Below, in pieces: positions 34,315-45,641 of a DNA stretch of 64,000 bases. Each line of letters opens with the position of its first letter. Position 1 is the first letter of the stretch. Under the pieces are notes generated by a model. The model was not told where the DNA came from and ran no database searches. It saw only the letters and a program-made list of their open reading frames with translations. The translations under genes and the position numbers were made by a program. This DNA is from an uncultured Eubacteriales bacterium (GTDB lineage: Bacteria > Bacillota > Clostridia > Oscillospirales > CAG-272), in the NCBI GenBank assembly GCA_900546635.1, contig URDS01000003.1:252-64251 (forward strand). The letters run 5' to 3'.

Positions 34315-35203
34315 TCATACTGCAAAAAGCTTGATCATTTTGACCGCGCTGCCCGCCGGGTATGCGCGCACCTCGCCCAGCCCGAAGAACACGTTTCGTT
34401 CGTAGAGCCGGACGCGCGCGCCGTCGGGCAGCGCGCTTTTGAGCTTGCTCTGATAGATCTCGCAGCCGTTTTTGCACAGCCGCGCGTAAAAATCGGGGAG
34501 TCTCAGCGCCTCAAGGTCCGAAAACGCGCTTTCCACGGGCAGAAGAAGCGATTGGCGCGCGTCGGCCTCAAGCGCCTCCAGTTCTTCGAGCGTGTGCGCC
34601 CGGTCGATCGAAAAGTCGCCGCTTTGCGTGCGCCGCAGCGCGGTCATGACCGCGCCGCAGCCGAGCGTCCGTCCGAGGTCGGCGATCACGGCGCGCACAT
34701 AGGTGCCTTTCGAGACGGAGAGGGCGAGCGTGTAAATATCCTTTTCGAGCGGCGCCGCTTCGATTTCGTAGATTTCGATTTCCCGCGGCGGGATTTCCGG
34801 CGTCTGTCCCTGTCTTGCGTAGTCGAGCAGCTTTTTTCCGCCGATCTTGACCGCGCTTATCATCGGCGGGGTCTGCATTCTGCGCCCGCGCATGGCCGCG
34901 GCCGCGGCCAGAACCGCGCCGCACGCCGGGACAGGCGCGCCGGTTTCCCGGAGCGTGCCGGTGCTGTCGTCGGTGTCGCTCACAACGCCGAGCCGGAACG
35001 CGGCCTCATAGCGCTTGTCGTGCGCGCTCAGATATTCGGAGGCCTTGACCGCGCGGCCGACGAGCAGCGGCAGAACGCCGGTCGCCATCGGGTCGAGCGT
35101 GCCGGTGTGTCCGATCTGCCTTGTGCCGTACAAACGGCGCGCGCGGTTGACGACATCGTGCGATGTCATGCCGGCCGGCTTGTCGAGAATCAGAATGCCC
35201 GAA

Positions 35204-35211
<8 letters not shown>
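34315..35211 (-). CDS. truB: tRNA pseudouridine(55) synthase
   Basis: GILILDKPAGMTSHDVV, GHTGTLDPMATGVLPLLVG. Confidence 0.92.
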
Positions 35212-37000
<1,789 letters not shown>

Positions 37001-37061
37001 TGTTTTTGTCTCCTTTGGCGTAAATCTGAAAATCTGAGATTCCGTGAAGCGGATCTATACT

Positions 37062-37102
37062 GAAAAGCAGGAGATTTCCCGCCGCACGCCGGCGGGACTG
37101 CT
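37062..37102 (-). terminator. GC-rich hairpin plus T-run in the aspS leader (possible attenuator or upstream-gene terminator)
   Basis: Minus strand reads CAGtCCCGCCGgcgtgCGGCGGGaaatctcCTGC followed by TTTTC, about 60 nt before the aspS ATG. Confidence 0.45.
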
Positions 37103-37342
37103 TGCTTTTGACGCAGTGAATTTATTTGTACAGTCGCGGGTATTTTCTTTTGATGCGTGTTTCGCCTTTTTTTCGCGGCAGGCGCGGATGCGCGCGGTTG
37201 TTTCGCAAAATCAAAATCGGTACATCCGGCGCTGCAAAAGACAGAGGCCGATGCGCGCGTTTTTATGCGCATCGAACGTAGAATTTGCCCGGATGCACGC
37301 GGCTTGGAACCAAAATAAAATTCTTCGGCAATCCTTATATTT

Positions 37343-38854
37343 TTATGCGTCCGGCGGCTTTGCCAGCCGCTTTCCGATGATTTCAAACGCCTTTTCATAG
37401 AGCGCTTGCCGGTTGTAGTAGTCCAGCGTCAGCCGGTCGGTCGTCTTTGCGTCAAGCGTGTCGGCCGCAAGGCGCTCGATGCTCCCGTATCCGAACAGGT
37501 TGGACAGGTCGTATACCGCGCTGTCGTAGATCACATCGAGCATCTTTTCGTCGTCGGGATTGCCCTGCGTGAGATTCTTTTGCACAAGCGGTTCGATGTA
37601 TCCGTAGGACAGAAAGGCCATGCGGTCGATCAGGTATTCGATCTTGCGCGTATCGGCCGCGCCGGCCGGGATCGCCAGAACCGGCGTTCCGCGCAGATCC
37701 ACAAAGCAGCGGTAATCCTCCGCGGCGTTTTGCTTTGGCATCGGCAAAAGGCCGATGTCGCTGATCGCGGTTTTGATCGTCTCAACTTCGGACAGCTTTG
37801 CAACGCCGAACAGGGAGGCCGCGTTTTCAAAAGCGGTCTCATGGACGCGCACGCTCTCCTCAAGCGACAGATCGATCACGGCCGAAAGCTTGTCCCGCAG
37901 CGTATCGAGCGTCACGGAGATTTCGGGCGTGTCCGAGGTGGATTCGGCAAAGCTGCCGCCGAGCGCGGTGTAAATAGCGAAAGCGTCCTCGCTGCCGAAC
38001 GTGAGACCGGAAAAGCCCGCGCCGTCGGGCGCGCCCGACGCATCCTGCGCGTCCGGCCCGGCCGTTTCGGCTTCCCCGGCGAAAACGCGATCCGTCTGCA
38101 TCTGATCCATCAGCGTCGGCACGGAGGGGGGATTTTCGTAAGCGGCGGCCGCCGTTTTGCTCACGGCCAGCAGTTCTTCAAAGGTAAACAGCCCGTCGAG
38201 CGCCGAGGCCGAGAGGGTGAGCGCCGTGTTTTCCGAATTTTCCAGCATACGGAGCAGCGAGCGGTTATACAGAAGAACCGAGGCGCCCTGCCGCGCGTCC
38301 AGCGCTGCGGAGGAGATCAGATAGCGCTTGCCGAACAGGGAAAGCTCGTCCATGCCGGCGGCGTCGTACCAGGGCAGCGTATCCTGTATGTATGCGCTGT
38401 CCGACGTGTCAAAGAGATGTCCGGCGGCCAGCAGCTTTGAAAGATTTTGCGCCGCGTCCGCGGCATAGAGGTTGTATTGGCGGTCGCCGGACAAAAGGTC
38501 GGCCGTCGCTTCGGCGTAAAAGTCGGCGGTATACGCGAGGTCCAGCGTGATGCCGGTTTCTTCTTTTAAGTGGTTGTTGCGCAGCCATACGCGCCGCGCA
38601 AGCCCGTTTTCGTCCGCCTGCCCGGTAAAATACGGATAGGCGGCGCGGTCGCACAGAAGGGAGAGCGTAAATCCGTCCGTGTCTGGGGGAACGACCAGCG
38701 TGGGGGAAAGAACCGTGAGGGACGCGCGGATCTCTTCATTTTCGCCGCTGATGTCGGTCACCCGCTTTGAGGCGGCCATTAGCAGTGCCGCGCCGGCGAG
38801 CAGTCCGGCAAGAACCGCAAAAACGAGAAACAAATAGACCTGCTTTTTCTGCAT
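37343..38854 (-). CDS. Membrane-anchored extracytoplasmic protein, solute-binding-protein-like
   Basis: N-terminal TM VYLFLVFAVLAGLLAGAALLMAA. The body loosely resembles the SBP at 52504-54024 (LFGKRYLISSAALD.., GYGSIERL..). No adjacent permease genes. Confidence 0.55.
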   Translation of the reverse strand: MQKKQVYLFLVFAVLAGLLAGAALLMAASKRVTDISGENEEIRASLTVLSPTLVVPPDTDGFTLSLLCDRAAYPYFTGQADENGLARRVWLRNNHLKEETGITLDLAYTADFYAEATADLLSGDRQYNLYAADAAQNLSKLLAAGHLFDTSDSAYIQDTLPWYDAAGMDELSLFGKRYLISSAALDARQGASVLLYNRSLLRMLENSENTALTLSASALDGLFTFEELLAVSKTAAAAYENPPSVPTLMDQMQTDRVFAGEAETAGPDAQDASGAPDGAGFSGLTFGSEDAFAIYTALGGSFAESTSDTPEISVTLDTLRDKLSAVIDLSLEESVRVHETAFENAASLFGVAKLSEVETIKTAISDIGLLPMPKQNAAEDYRCFVDLRGTPVLAIPAGAADTRKIEYLIDRMAFLSYGYIEPLVQKNLTQGNPDDEKMLDVIYDSAVYDLSNLFGYGSIERLAADTLDAKTTDRLTLDYYNRQALYEKAFEIIGKRLAKPPDA

Positions 38855-38931
38855 GAAGCCACCTCCTTATCCTAAAGTTTGCGGGATCTGCGAAATGACG
38901 TGTCCCGCGCCCGAACAAAACGCGGCGGGCT

Positions 38932-40077
38932 TCAGCCGCCCACGGGAACGCGGCGCACGCGCCGGCTTACAAGGCAGACCGCTTCATAGTTGATGGTTCC
39001 GGCGGCGCGGCAGAGCCGCTCGATGTTCTCGCCCTTCGCGTCAAAGATGCACACTTCGTCTCCGACGGCGGCGGGAATGCCGCTCACGTCGGCCATGCAC
39101 TGATCCATGCAGATCCGGCCGAGCAGGGGCGCGGGACGCCCGCTTATCATGACCGTGCCGTTTTTATAGGCGCGGATAAAGCCGTCCGCGTACCCGATGG
39201 GGATGGTCGCGACCGTGGTTTCGGCTATGGCGCGAAATTCCGCGCCGTAGCTTACCGTGTCGCCCGCGTGTACCGTGTGGATCTGCGCGATGCGGGACTT
39301 GAGGCGCATGACGGGAATCAGATTCGGGTCGGCCACCTCGCCCGACGGGGGCAGGCCGTAGAGCACGATGCCCAGCCGTACAAAGTCCTGGTAGAGCGCA
39401 GGCAGGCGGAGCGCGCCCGCGCTGTTGCAGATGTGTTTTTTCGGAAAGCGCAGTCCGGCGGCCTCGCACGCCCGCAAAGTGCGCAGATAGCGCTCGGTCT
39501 GGACGCCGGTCATCGCCGAGCCGGGCTCGTCCGCGCAGGCAAAATGCGAAAATACGCCGTCAATCCGCACGCCGGGCAGCGCCGCGGTCTCGCAGATCGC
39601 GCGCACGGTGTCTTTTAGACATTCGTCGTGCGTGTCAAAGCCGAGGCGGTTCATGCCGCTGTCGAGCTTGATGTGGCAGGCGACGCGCGTGTTCTGCGCG
39701 CTGGCCGCCGCGTCGAGCGCCCTTGCGTATTCGAGCGAGAAAACCGCCTGCGTCACGCCGTACCGGCCAAGCGCCGCGATGTTTTCGGGTTCGGGCGGCG
39801 TGTAGCCGAGAATCAGGATGGTTTCGGCGCGCGCGCCCGCGCGTCCGAGGATGGCGCAGACCTCCTCGGCCTCCTCAAGGCTGGAGACGGCGAAATGCCG
39901 CGCGCCCGCCTCGTAGAGCGCGGGGACGCAGAGCTTTGCCGAGTGGCCGTAGGCGTCGGCTTTGACGACGCACATCGCTTCGGTCGCGCCGGAGACCGCG
40001 CGCAGCTTCCCGCGAAGATATGTAAAATTGTGCCGCAGTGCCGAAAGGTCGATTTCGGCGATATTTTTTTCGGTCAT
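38932..40077 (-). CDS. alr: Alanine racemase
   Basis: VVKADAYGHS (PLP-lysine motif), a GYADG-type motif (IGYADGF), and RICMDQCM. Confidence 0.9.
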   Translation of the reverse strand: MTEKNIAEIDLSALRHNFTYLRGKLRAVSGATEAMCVVKADAYGHSAKLCVPALYEAGARHFAVSSLEEAEEVCAILGRAGARAETILILGYTPPEPENIAALGRYGVTQAVFSLEYARALDAAASAQNTRVACHIKLDSGMNRLGFDTHDECLKDTVRAICETAALPGVRIDGVFSHFACADEPGSAMTGVQTERYLRTLRACEAAGLRFPKKHICNSAGALRLPALYQDFVRLGIVLYGLPPSGEVADPNLIPVMRLKSRIAQIHTVHAGDTVSYGAEFRAIAETTVATIPIGYADGFIRAYKNGTVMISGRPAPLLGRICMDQCMADVSGIPAAVGDEVCIFDAKGENIERLCRAAGTINYEAVCLVSRRVRRVPVGG

Positions 40078-40081
40078 GATT

Positions 40082-40603
40082 TCACCCGTTTTCGATTATG
40101 CTGAATTTTACGATGTCCGCCGCGAGCTTCCGTCCGCCGATCTCGCCCTCAATCCGCACCGGCCGTCCGGCGCTGTCCAGCGAGAGCTTGTAGCTGTCCT
40201 TGCCGTAATCCCCGGAAAGGACCGAAAGGCCGTCCCGCTCGGTTTTTTTAATCAGGCAGCCGCGCGGGATTTCAAACAGCGCCGTGACGGCGAACAGGCC
40301 GGCCGTGCCCGGCGAGGCGGGAAAGGACAGCGCGTCCTTTTCCAGCGTGATCTGCCCGTCCGGCGTGCGCCGCGCGGTGACGCCCGCGAGATTCTCAGGC
40401 GCCGTGAAGCAGAGCGACTGTTCTTCGCTGTTTTTGGTATAGACCGCGCAGAATTGCGTTTTCTCGGTGGTACAGCTGATCTCGGCGGTAAAATCCGCGT
40501 CCTGATAAGCGAGCGGGTCGTGCTTTGTGCCCGTGCAGGCCGAAAGCAGGATGCAGAAAATCAAAGCAGGAATCGCCGCCGCGCGGCCGAAAACATGTCT
40601 CAT
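40082..40603 (-). CDS. Lipoprotein of unknown function
   Basis: Start ATG 40603 after a GGGAGG RBS. Lipobox ILLSACTG. Confidence 0.65.
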   Translation of the reverse strand: MRHVFGRAAAIPALIFCILLSACTGTKHDPLAYQDADFTAEISCTTEKTQFCAVYTKNSEEQSLCFTAPENLAGVTARRTPDGQITLEKDALSFPASPGTAGLFAVTALFEIPRGCLIKKTERDGLSVLSGDYGKDSYKLSLDSAGRPVRIEGEIGGRKLAADIVKFSIIENG

Positions 40604-40789
40604 ACAGAACCTCCCGTATAGCGGCGCGCGCCTTTTCGCGCGCGCCAAAAGTCTTTCGGCGCCGGGGTTCCGGCGCTTTTGCAGTTCGTTATACAGGATA
40701 TGAAAAGTATGCTTGAAACATGCGGGACACGGCCAAAACAAACGGCTTTCCGAGCGGGCGGGGATATATGCCGCCGCCCCGCTGTCCTT

Positions 40790-41329
40790 TTAAAGCTCCG
40801 GCAGATTGTCTGAGCGTACCGTTACAGAGGGGATCACGCGCCAGATGCAGTCGATCATGCGCGCGCTCGCGTCAAACAAAAGCGCCTCGCAGCCGCGGTC
40901 CGCTTCATAGACGAGCGCGTAGGCGCAGGCCGAGCGCTTGGAGGAACGCAGGTCGTGGATTTTCTTCGGGGTCAGGCCGCCCTCAAACCGGCCGTTTTGA
41001 TACGGCGCGCACCGGCGCGCGGATTTTTTCAGATCCACCGACAGCTTTTCCCGGCGGTACTGGCGGTTGTAGACGGCCGCCGCGTCGAAAATCGAGCCGG
41101 TCAGCGTGTATTCGTATTCGATCGCCGTAAATCTGGAGAGATACCAGAGGAGCGCGCCGGCCGCCGCGAGAATCACGGCCGACCAGAGCAAACCGAGGGC
41201 GGGCAGAAGAAAAAGAAAAAAGACAGCGGCAAAAAGCAGAGCCAGCGCCGCCGCCGCGCACAGCGCGGCGAGGTAGGCGCCCTCCGCCTTTTTCCGCACG
41301 GCGTATTCACAAAAATCATGCTCGTACAT
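40790..41329 (-). CDS. Hypothetical membrane protein (two adjacent TM helices)
   Basis: 179 aa with TM hairpin AALCAAAALALLFAAVFFLFLLPALGLLWSAVILAAAGALLWYL. GGAGGTA RBS. Confidence 0.6.
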   Translation of the reverse strand: MYEHDFCEYAVRKKAEGAYLAALCAAAALALLFAAVFFLFLLPALGLLWSAVILAAAGALLWYLSRFTAIEYEYTLTGSIFDAAAVYNRQYRREKLSVDLKKSARRCAPYQNGRFEGGLTPKKIHDLRSSKRSACAYALVYEADRGCEALLFDASARMIDCIWRVIPSVTVRSDNLPEL

Positions 41330-41645
41330 TTTGTATACCTCCGGGCATTTTTTTCATCAGCGGTACCGCGTGCGCGCGGATATGCGCGCGCGGCGGTACG
41401 AACTAACCCCGGCTTTGCCGTTCGGCTTCGGTTTTTCGCCGTTTCCGGGGTTTATATCAATTCAGTATAGCACACGCGCCCGCAAATTTCAATTATTTTT
41501 CTCGAATTCTCGCCGAATCTCTTGAATCCGGCGGCGATTTATAGTATCATATACGCGGAATCCGAAGAATCGGGATCCGCTCCGGCCGCCCTAAAGCCGA
41601 AAAAAAGGCGGCGCGGCCGGTACAGACGCATCGAAATTTTTTGAA

Positions 41646-41930
41646 ATGAGGTTGATTGAAATTAAAGCTGTAATCACAGTGATCGGCCGGGATCAGGTCG
41701 GCATCATCGCAAAAGTCAGCGCAAAATGCGCGGAGTACGGCGCGAATATTACCGAGATCACCCAGAGCGTGCTGGACAAGTATTTTGCCATGATTATGGT
41801 CGCGGAGATCGACGGACTGAAGGGCGATTTTTCCGTATTCGCGGATGGGCTGGCCGCGCTCGGCAGCGACGCCGGGTTGGAGATCCGCTGCATGCATGAG
41901 GATATTTTCGACTGCATGCATTCGGTATGA
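41646..41930 (+). CDS. ACT-domain protein (UPF0237 family)
   Basis: AVITVIGRDQVGIIAKVSAKCAEYGANITEITQSVLDKYFAMIM. Canonical partner of the UPF0210 gene that follows. Confidence 0.85.
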   Translation: MRLIEIKAVITVIGRDQVGIIAKVSAKCAEYGANITEITQSVLDKYFAMIMVAEIDGLKGDFSVFADGLAALGSDAGLEIRCMHEDIFDCMHSV

Positions 41931-41942
41931 GGAGAGCGCCCG

Positions 41943-43301
41943 ATGATTAATACTGCGGATATTCTTGAAACCATCAATATGATCCGGCAGGAGAATTTGG
42001 ACGTGCGCACGGTCACAATGGGCATTTCGCTCTATGACTGCGTTTCGGACGACTGCGACCGTCTTTGCCGGAATCTCTACGACAAGATCACCCGCCGCGC
42101 GGCAAATCTGGTTTCCGAGTGCGAGAAGCTGGAAAAGCTGTACGGCGTGCCGATCGTCAACAAGCGCATTTCGGTCACGCCGATTTCCTGCATCGGCGGA
42201 AAGAGCTCGCCTGAGGAATATGTGCGTATCGCCAAAACGCTCGACCGCGCGGCGCGCGATCTCGGCGTCAATTTTATCGGCGGCTTTTCCGCGCTTGTGC
42301 AAAAGGGCATGACGTGCGGCGCGGACCGCATGATCGAGGCGATTCCCGAAGCGCTGGCCGAGACCGAGCTTGTCTGCTCGTCGGTCAACGTCGGCTCGAC
42401 CCGCGCGGGCATCAATATGGACGCGGTCGCGCGCATGGGGCGCACGGTCAAAGAGGCCGCCGCGCGCACGGCCGACCGCGACGCAATCGGCTGCGCGAAG
42501 TTCGTCGTGTTTGCCAACGCGGTGGACGACAACCCGTTCATGGCGGGCGCGTTTCACGGCACGGGAGAGGGCGACTGCGTGATTAACGTCGGCGTCAGCG
42601 GTCCCGGCGTCGTGGAAAAGGCGGTTCGCCGCGCGGGCGACTGCGATTTTTCCGCGCTTGCCGACGTGATTAAAAAGACGGCGTTCAAAATCACGCGCGT
42701 CGGTCAGCTGATCGCGTATGAGGCTTCCCGCCGGCTGGACGTGCCCTACGGCATTGTGGATCTGTCGCTTGCGCCGACGCCGGCCGTCGGGGACAGCGTG
42801 GCGAATATTCTGGAGGCGATGGGACTTGAGCGCTGCGGCGGCTGCGGCACGACGGCGGCGCTTGCCCTGCTCAACGACGCGGTGAAAAAGGGCGGCGTTA
42901 TGGCGTCCAGCCATGTCGGCGGCCTTTCGGGCGCGTTTATTCCGGTCAGCGAGGACGCGGGCATGATCGCCGCGGCCGAGTGCGGCGTTTTGTCGCTTGA
43001 AAAGCTGGAGGCCATGACCGCGGTCTGCTCGGTCGGTCTGGATATGATCTGCATTCCCGGCGATACGAGCGCCGAGACGATCAGCGGCATCATCGCGGAC
43101 GAAATCGCCATCGGCATGGTCAACAACAAGACCACGGCCGTGCGCGTCATTCCCGCGCCGGGCACCAAGGTGGGCGACCGGGTTGAGTTCGGCGGCCTGC
43201 TCGGCCACGCGCCGGTCATGCGCGTCGCCGAGGTCTCCTGCGAGAAGTTTATCGCGCGCGGCGGACGCATTCCCGCGCCGATCCATTCGCTCAAAAACTG
43301 A
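41943..43301 (+). CDS. PFL-like UPF0210 (DUF711) family protein
   Basis: 452 aa. [46 protein letters not shown]. Confidence 0.85.
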   Translation: MINTADILETINMIRQENLDVRTVTMGISLYDCVSDDCDRLCRNLYDKITRRAANLVSECEKLEKLYGVPIVNKRISVTPISCIGGKSSPEEYVRIAKTLDRAARDLGVNFIGGFSALVQKGMTCGADRMIEAIPEALAETELVCSSVNVGSTRAGINMDAVARMGRTVKEAAARTADRDAIGCAKFVVFANAVDDNPFMAGAFHGTGEGDCVINVGVSGPGVVEKAVRRAGDCDFSALADVIKKTAFKITRVGQLIAYEASRRLDVPYGIVDLSLAPTPAVGDSVANILEAMGLERCGGCGTTAALALLNDAVKKGGVMASSHVGGLSGAFIPVSEDAGMIAAAECGVLSLEKLEAMTAVCSVGLDMICIPGDTSAETISGIIADEIAIGMVNNKTTAVRVIPAPGTKVGDRVEFGGLLGHAPVMRVAEVSCEKFIARGGRIPAPIHSLKN

Positions 43302-43364
43302 GAAGCGGCGTCCATTCCCAAACCGTCCGAACCCGAAGCTTGCCAAAGCGAAACTTACATAGAT

Positions 43365-43417
43365 TCAAGGCGGCGCAGCCGCCTTTGGGCCAACCGGGAA
43401 AACCAAGGTTTTCCGAC
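43365..43417. repeat. Dispersed structured repeat, copy F (short form)
   Basis: TCAAGGCGGCGCAGCCGCCTTTGGG...GGGAAAACCAAGGTTTTCCGACGG. Confidence 0.6.
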
Positions 43418-43475
43418 GGCTGCATTGAATTTCTGCACAGGCGCCGGCAGATTGCCGGAGCGGAGGTGATTTTCC

Positions 43476-44624
43476 GTGAAAGTGAGAGTTTACGTTTCCC
43501 CGAAAACAGCGGGCACGCTCTGGACTCAGCAGGCCGTGCGCGCGATCTCGTCCGAAATTATGCAGAAACGGTATACGCCCGTTTTTTTGGACGCGCCCGA
43601 CGCGGCGTCGCTGGATTTCGACGAGATCTATGCGCCGGGCGAACGCCGGCTGCTGATTTACGTCGGCGCGTCGGTCGCGATTACGCCGCGCCTGCTTTCG
43701 CGCTTTTCCGAATGCGGCGTACACGGCATTTTCATCAATTACGAGTCCTTGGTGCTGTCCGGCCGCTATTCCAAAATCCTGCTTGATTATCGGGACGGTA
43801 TGCGGAAGATCATCAATTATCTGCTCGCGTCCGGCCGCTCGAATTTTGCGCTCTACGGCATCAATCCGAACTCGGCCACCGACATGATCAAGGACGGCTT
43901 TTTTTGCGAATACCTCGGCCGCGGCGGCAAAAATCCCGCGCGCGACATCTACTACAATTATGCGTCGCTGACCGGCTGCTTTGCCCGCTTTTTTGAAAAC
44001 CGCATGTGCTATGACGCGGTGATCTGCGCAAACGACGTGGTGGCGCTTTCGCTGGTCAGCCATCTGCGCGAAGCGGGGTTCTCCGTGCCGGAGGATCTGT
44101 ATGTGGTCAGCTTCGGTTCAAGCGTTCTGGCTTCGCTCAGCTTTCCGACGATCACCACCGTCACGGTGGACCATACGGAACTCGGACGGCAGGCCGTGCT
44201 GGCCTACGCCTATCTGTATAAGAATCCGGGCGACATTTCGCTCACCGTCAAGGTGGACGCGAAGCTGGTGGTGCGCGCGTCTACCGGCGGTCAGAAGCCC
44301 GCGGCGCGCGCCGATGCGTTTTCCTCTTTTTTGCAGCAGGTCCCGGATGTGGAATTTTACGACGACCCGGCGGCGCAGTGCATTTTCCGGGCGGAAACGC
44401 TGCTTTCGGGCTGCGACGAACTGGATCTCGGCATTCTGGAGGGCATTCTCAGAGACGAGACCTATCCGCGCATCGCGGAACGGCTGTACACCTCGGAAAA
44501 CGTCATTTCCTACCGCATCAAGCGGATGTGCCGCACGACCGGATGCCAGAAAAAAAGCGAACTTGTTTCCCTGCTTATGCCGTATATTGACAAAGATTCG
44601 ATTGGGAGGATGATGGACAAATGA
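43476..44624 (+). CDS. Transcriptional regulator: LacI-type sugar-binding sensor domain with a C-terminal LuxR/GerE HTH
   Basis: GTG start after a GGAGGTG RBS. No N-terminal LacI HTH. The periplasmic-binding-fold core is present (DAVICANDVVALSLVSHLREAGFSVPEDLYVVSFG...PTITTV). C-terminal LDLGILEGILRDETYPRIAERLYTSENVISYRIKRMCRTTG. Confidence 0.65.
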   Translation: MKVRVYVSPKTAGTLWTQQAVRAISSEIMQKRYTPVFLDAPDAASLDFDEIYAPGERRLLIYVGASVAITPRLLSRFSECGVHGIFINYESLVLSGRYSKILLDYRDGMRKIINYLLASGRSNFALYGINPNSATDMIKDGFFCEYLGRGGKNPARDIYYNYASLTGCFARFFENRMCYDAVICANDVVALSLVSHLREAGFSVPEDLYVVSFGSSVLASLSFPTITTVTVDHTELGRQAVLAYAYLYKNPGDISLTVKVDAKLVVRASTGGQKPAARADAFSSFLQQVPDVEFYDDPAAQCIFRAETLLSGCDELDLGILEGILRDETYPRIAERLYTSENVISYRIKRMCRTTGCQKKSELVSLLMPYIDKDSIGRMMDK

Positions 44625-45262
44625 CCGAGTTTGAAAAAATTCGCAATCGCAAGATGCTGGAGCGCACGGCCGAGCATCTCCGGCGCCGCCGGTATGAGGC
44701 GGTGGTCTGCGAGACGAGCGGGGAGGCCTGCGCCGCCGCGCTTGCGCGCATCGGGGCGGAAGATACTGTTGCGTTCGGCGGCAGCGTTACGCTGTCCCAG
44801 ATCGGTTTGATGGACGCGCTCCGCAGCGGACATGCGGGGCTTATCGACCGCGAACGCGCGAAAACGCCTGAGGAGAAAAAAGCGCTTATGCGTCGGGGAC
44901 TGACCGCCGACGTGTTTTTGATGAGCGCAAACGCCGTCAGCGAGAACGGCGTTCTGTATAACATCGACGGAAACGGCAACCGCGTCGCCGCCATGATCTA
45001 CGGCCCCGACCGGGTGCTGATGGTTGTCGGCGCCAACAAAATCTGCCATACCGAGGAAAGCGCGCTTGCCCGCGCGCGCGGCATAGCCGCGCCGGTCAAC
45101 GCGCAGCGCTTTGCGGGCATCGGAACGCCCTGCGCGGCGGACGGCGTTTGCCACGACTGCCTGTCCGAGCGCTGCATCTGCTCGAATATCGTGGTTTCCC
45201 GCCGCTGTCACGAAAAGGGGCGCATCACGGTGATCCTGGTCAACGAAAATCTCGGCTTTTGA
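44621..45262 (+). CDS. LUD-domain (lactate-utilisation LutC/YkgG-like) protein
   Basis: FGGSVTLSQIGL, LMSANAVSENGVLYNIDGNGNRVAAMIYGP, and a C-terminal Cys cluster. Confidence 0.7.
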   Translation: MTEFEKIRNRKMLERTAEHLRRRRYEAVVCETSGEACAAALARIGAEDTVAFGGSVTLSQIGLMDALRSGHAGLIDRERAKTPEEKKALMRRGLTADVFLMSANAVSENGVLYNIDGNGNRVAAMIYGPDRVLMVVGANKICHTEESALARARGIAAPVNAQRFAGIGTPCAADGVCHDCLSERCICSNIVVSRRCHEKGRITVILVNENLGF

Positions 45263-45320
45263 TAAAGCCTTTTAAAAATTAGAATTTGCTTTCATTTTGT
45301 ATACTTTATCGACAAGCTCA

Positions 45321-45360
45321 AGCTCCCCGCGGCGGAAAATCCCCGCGGGGAGCTTTTATA
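45321..45360 (+). terminator. Rho-independent terminator
   Basis: AGCTCCCCGCGG cggaaaatcc CCGCGGGGAGCT followed by TTTT. Confidence 0.75.
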
Positions 45361-45641
45361 CGCCGAAAAACCGGGGGCTTTCGATAGTCAAAAGCCGTCC
45401 GGTCTATTTCCCGCAAGCGCGGCTGCTTCCGCCCGCATGGAAACCCCCGCGTTTCTCCCCGATATCCCCAACATGCGGCCAATCCATACCATGCATAATG
45501 TTGTCCGATTTTGCGCTTTTCATTGTTTATCGCATCCGGTCGTTGACAGAAATACGGCCTGATTCTATAATGAAGCTATAAAAGTTTATCTGTTTTTGCG
45601 CATTTTGTACAAAATCGCATACAACACTTTGGGGGTTTACG

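Noticed and set aside
41547-43346. 599-aa minus-strand ORF
   Set aside because: It is antisense to the well-supported ACT/UPF0210 genes and low-complexity Arg/Ala-rich.
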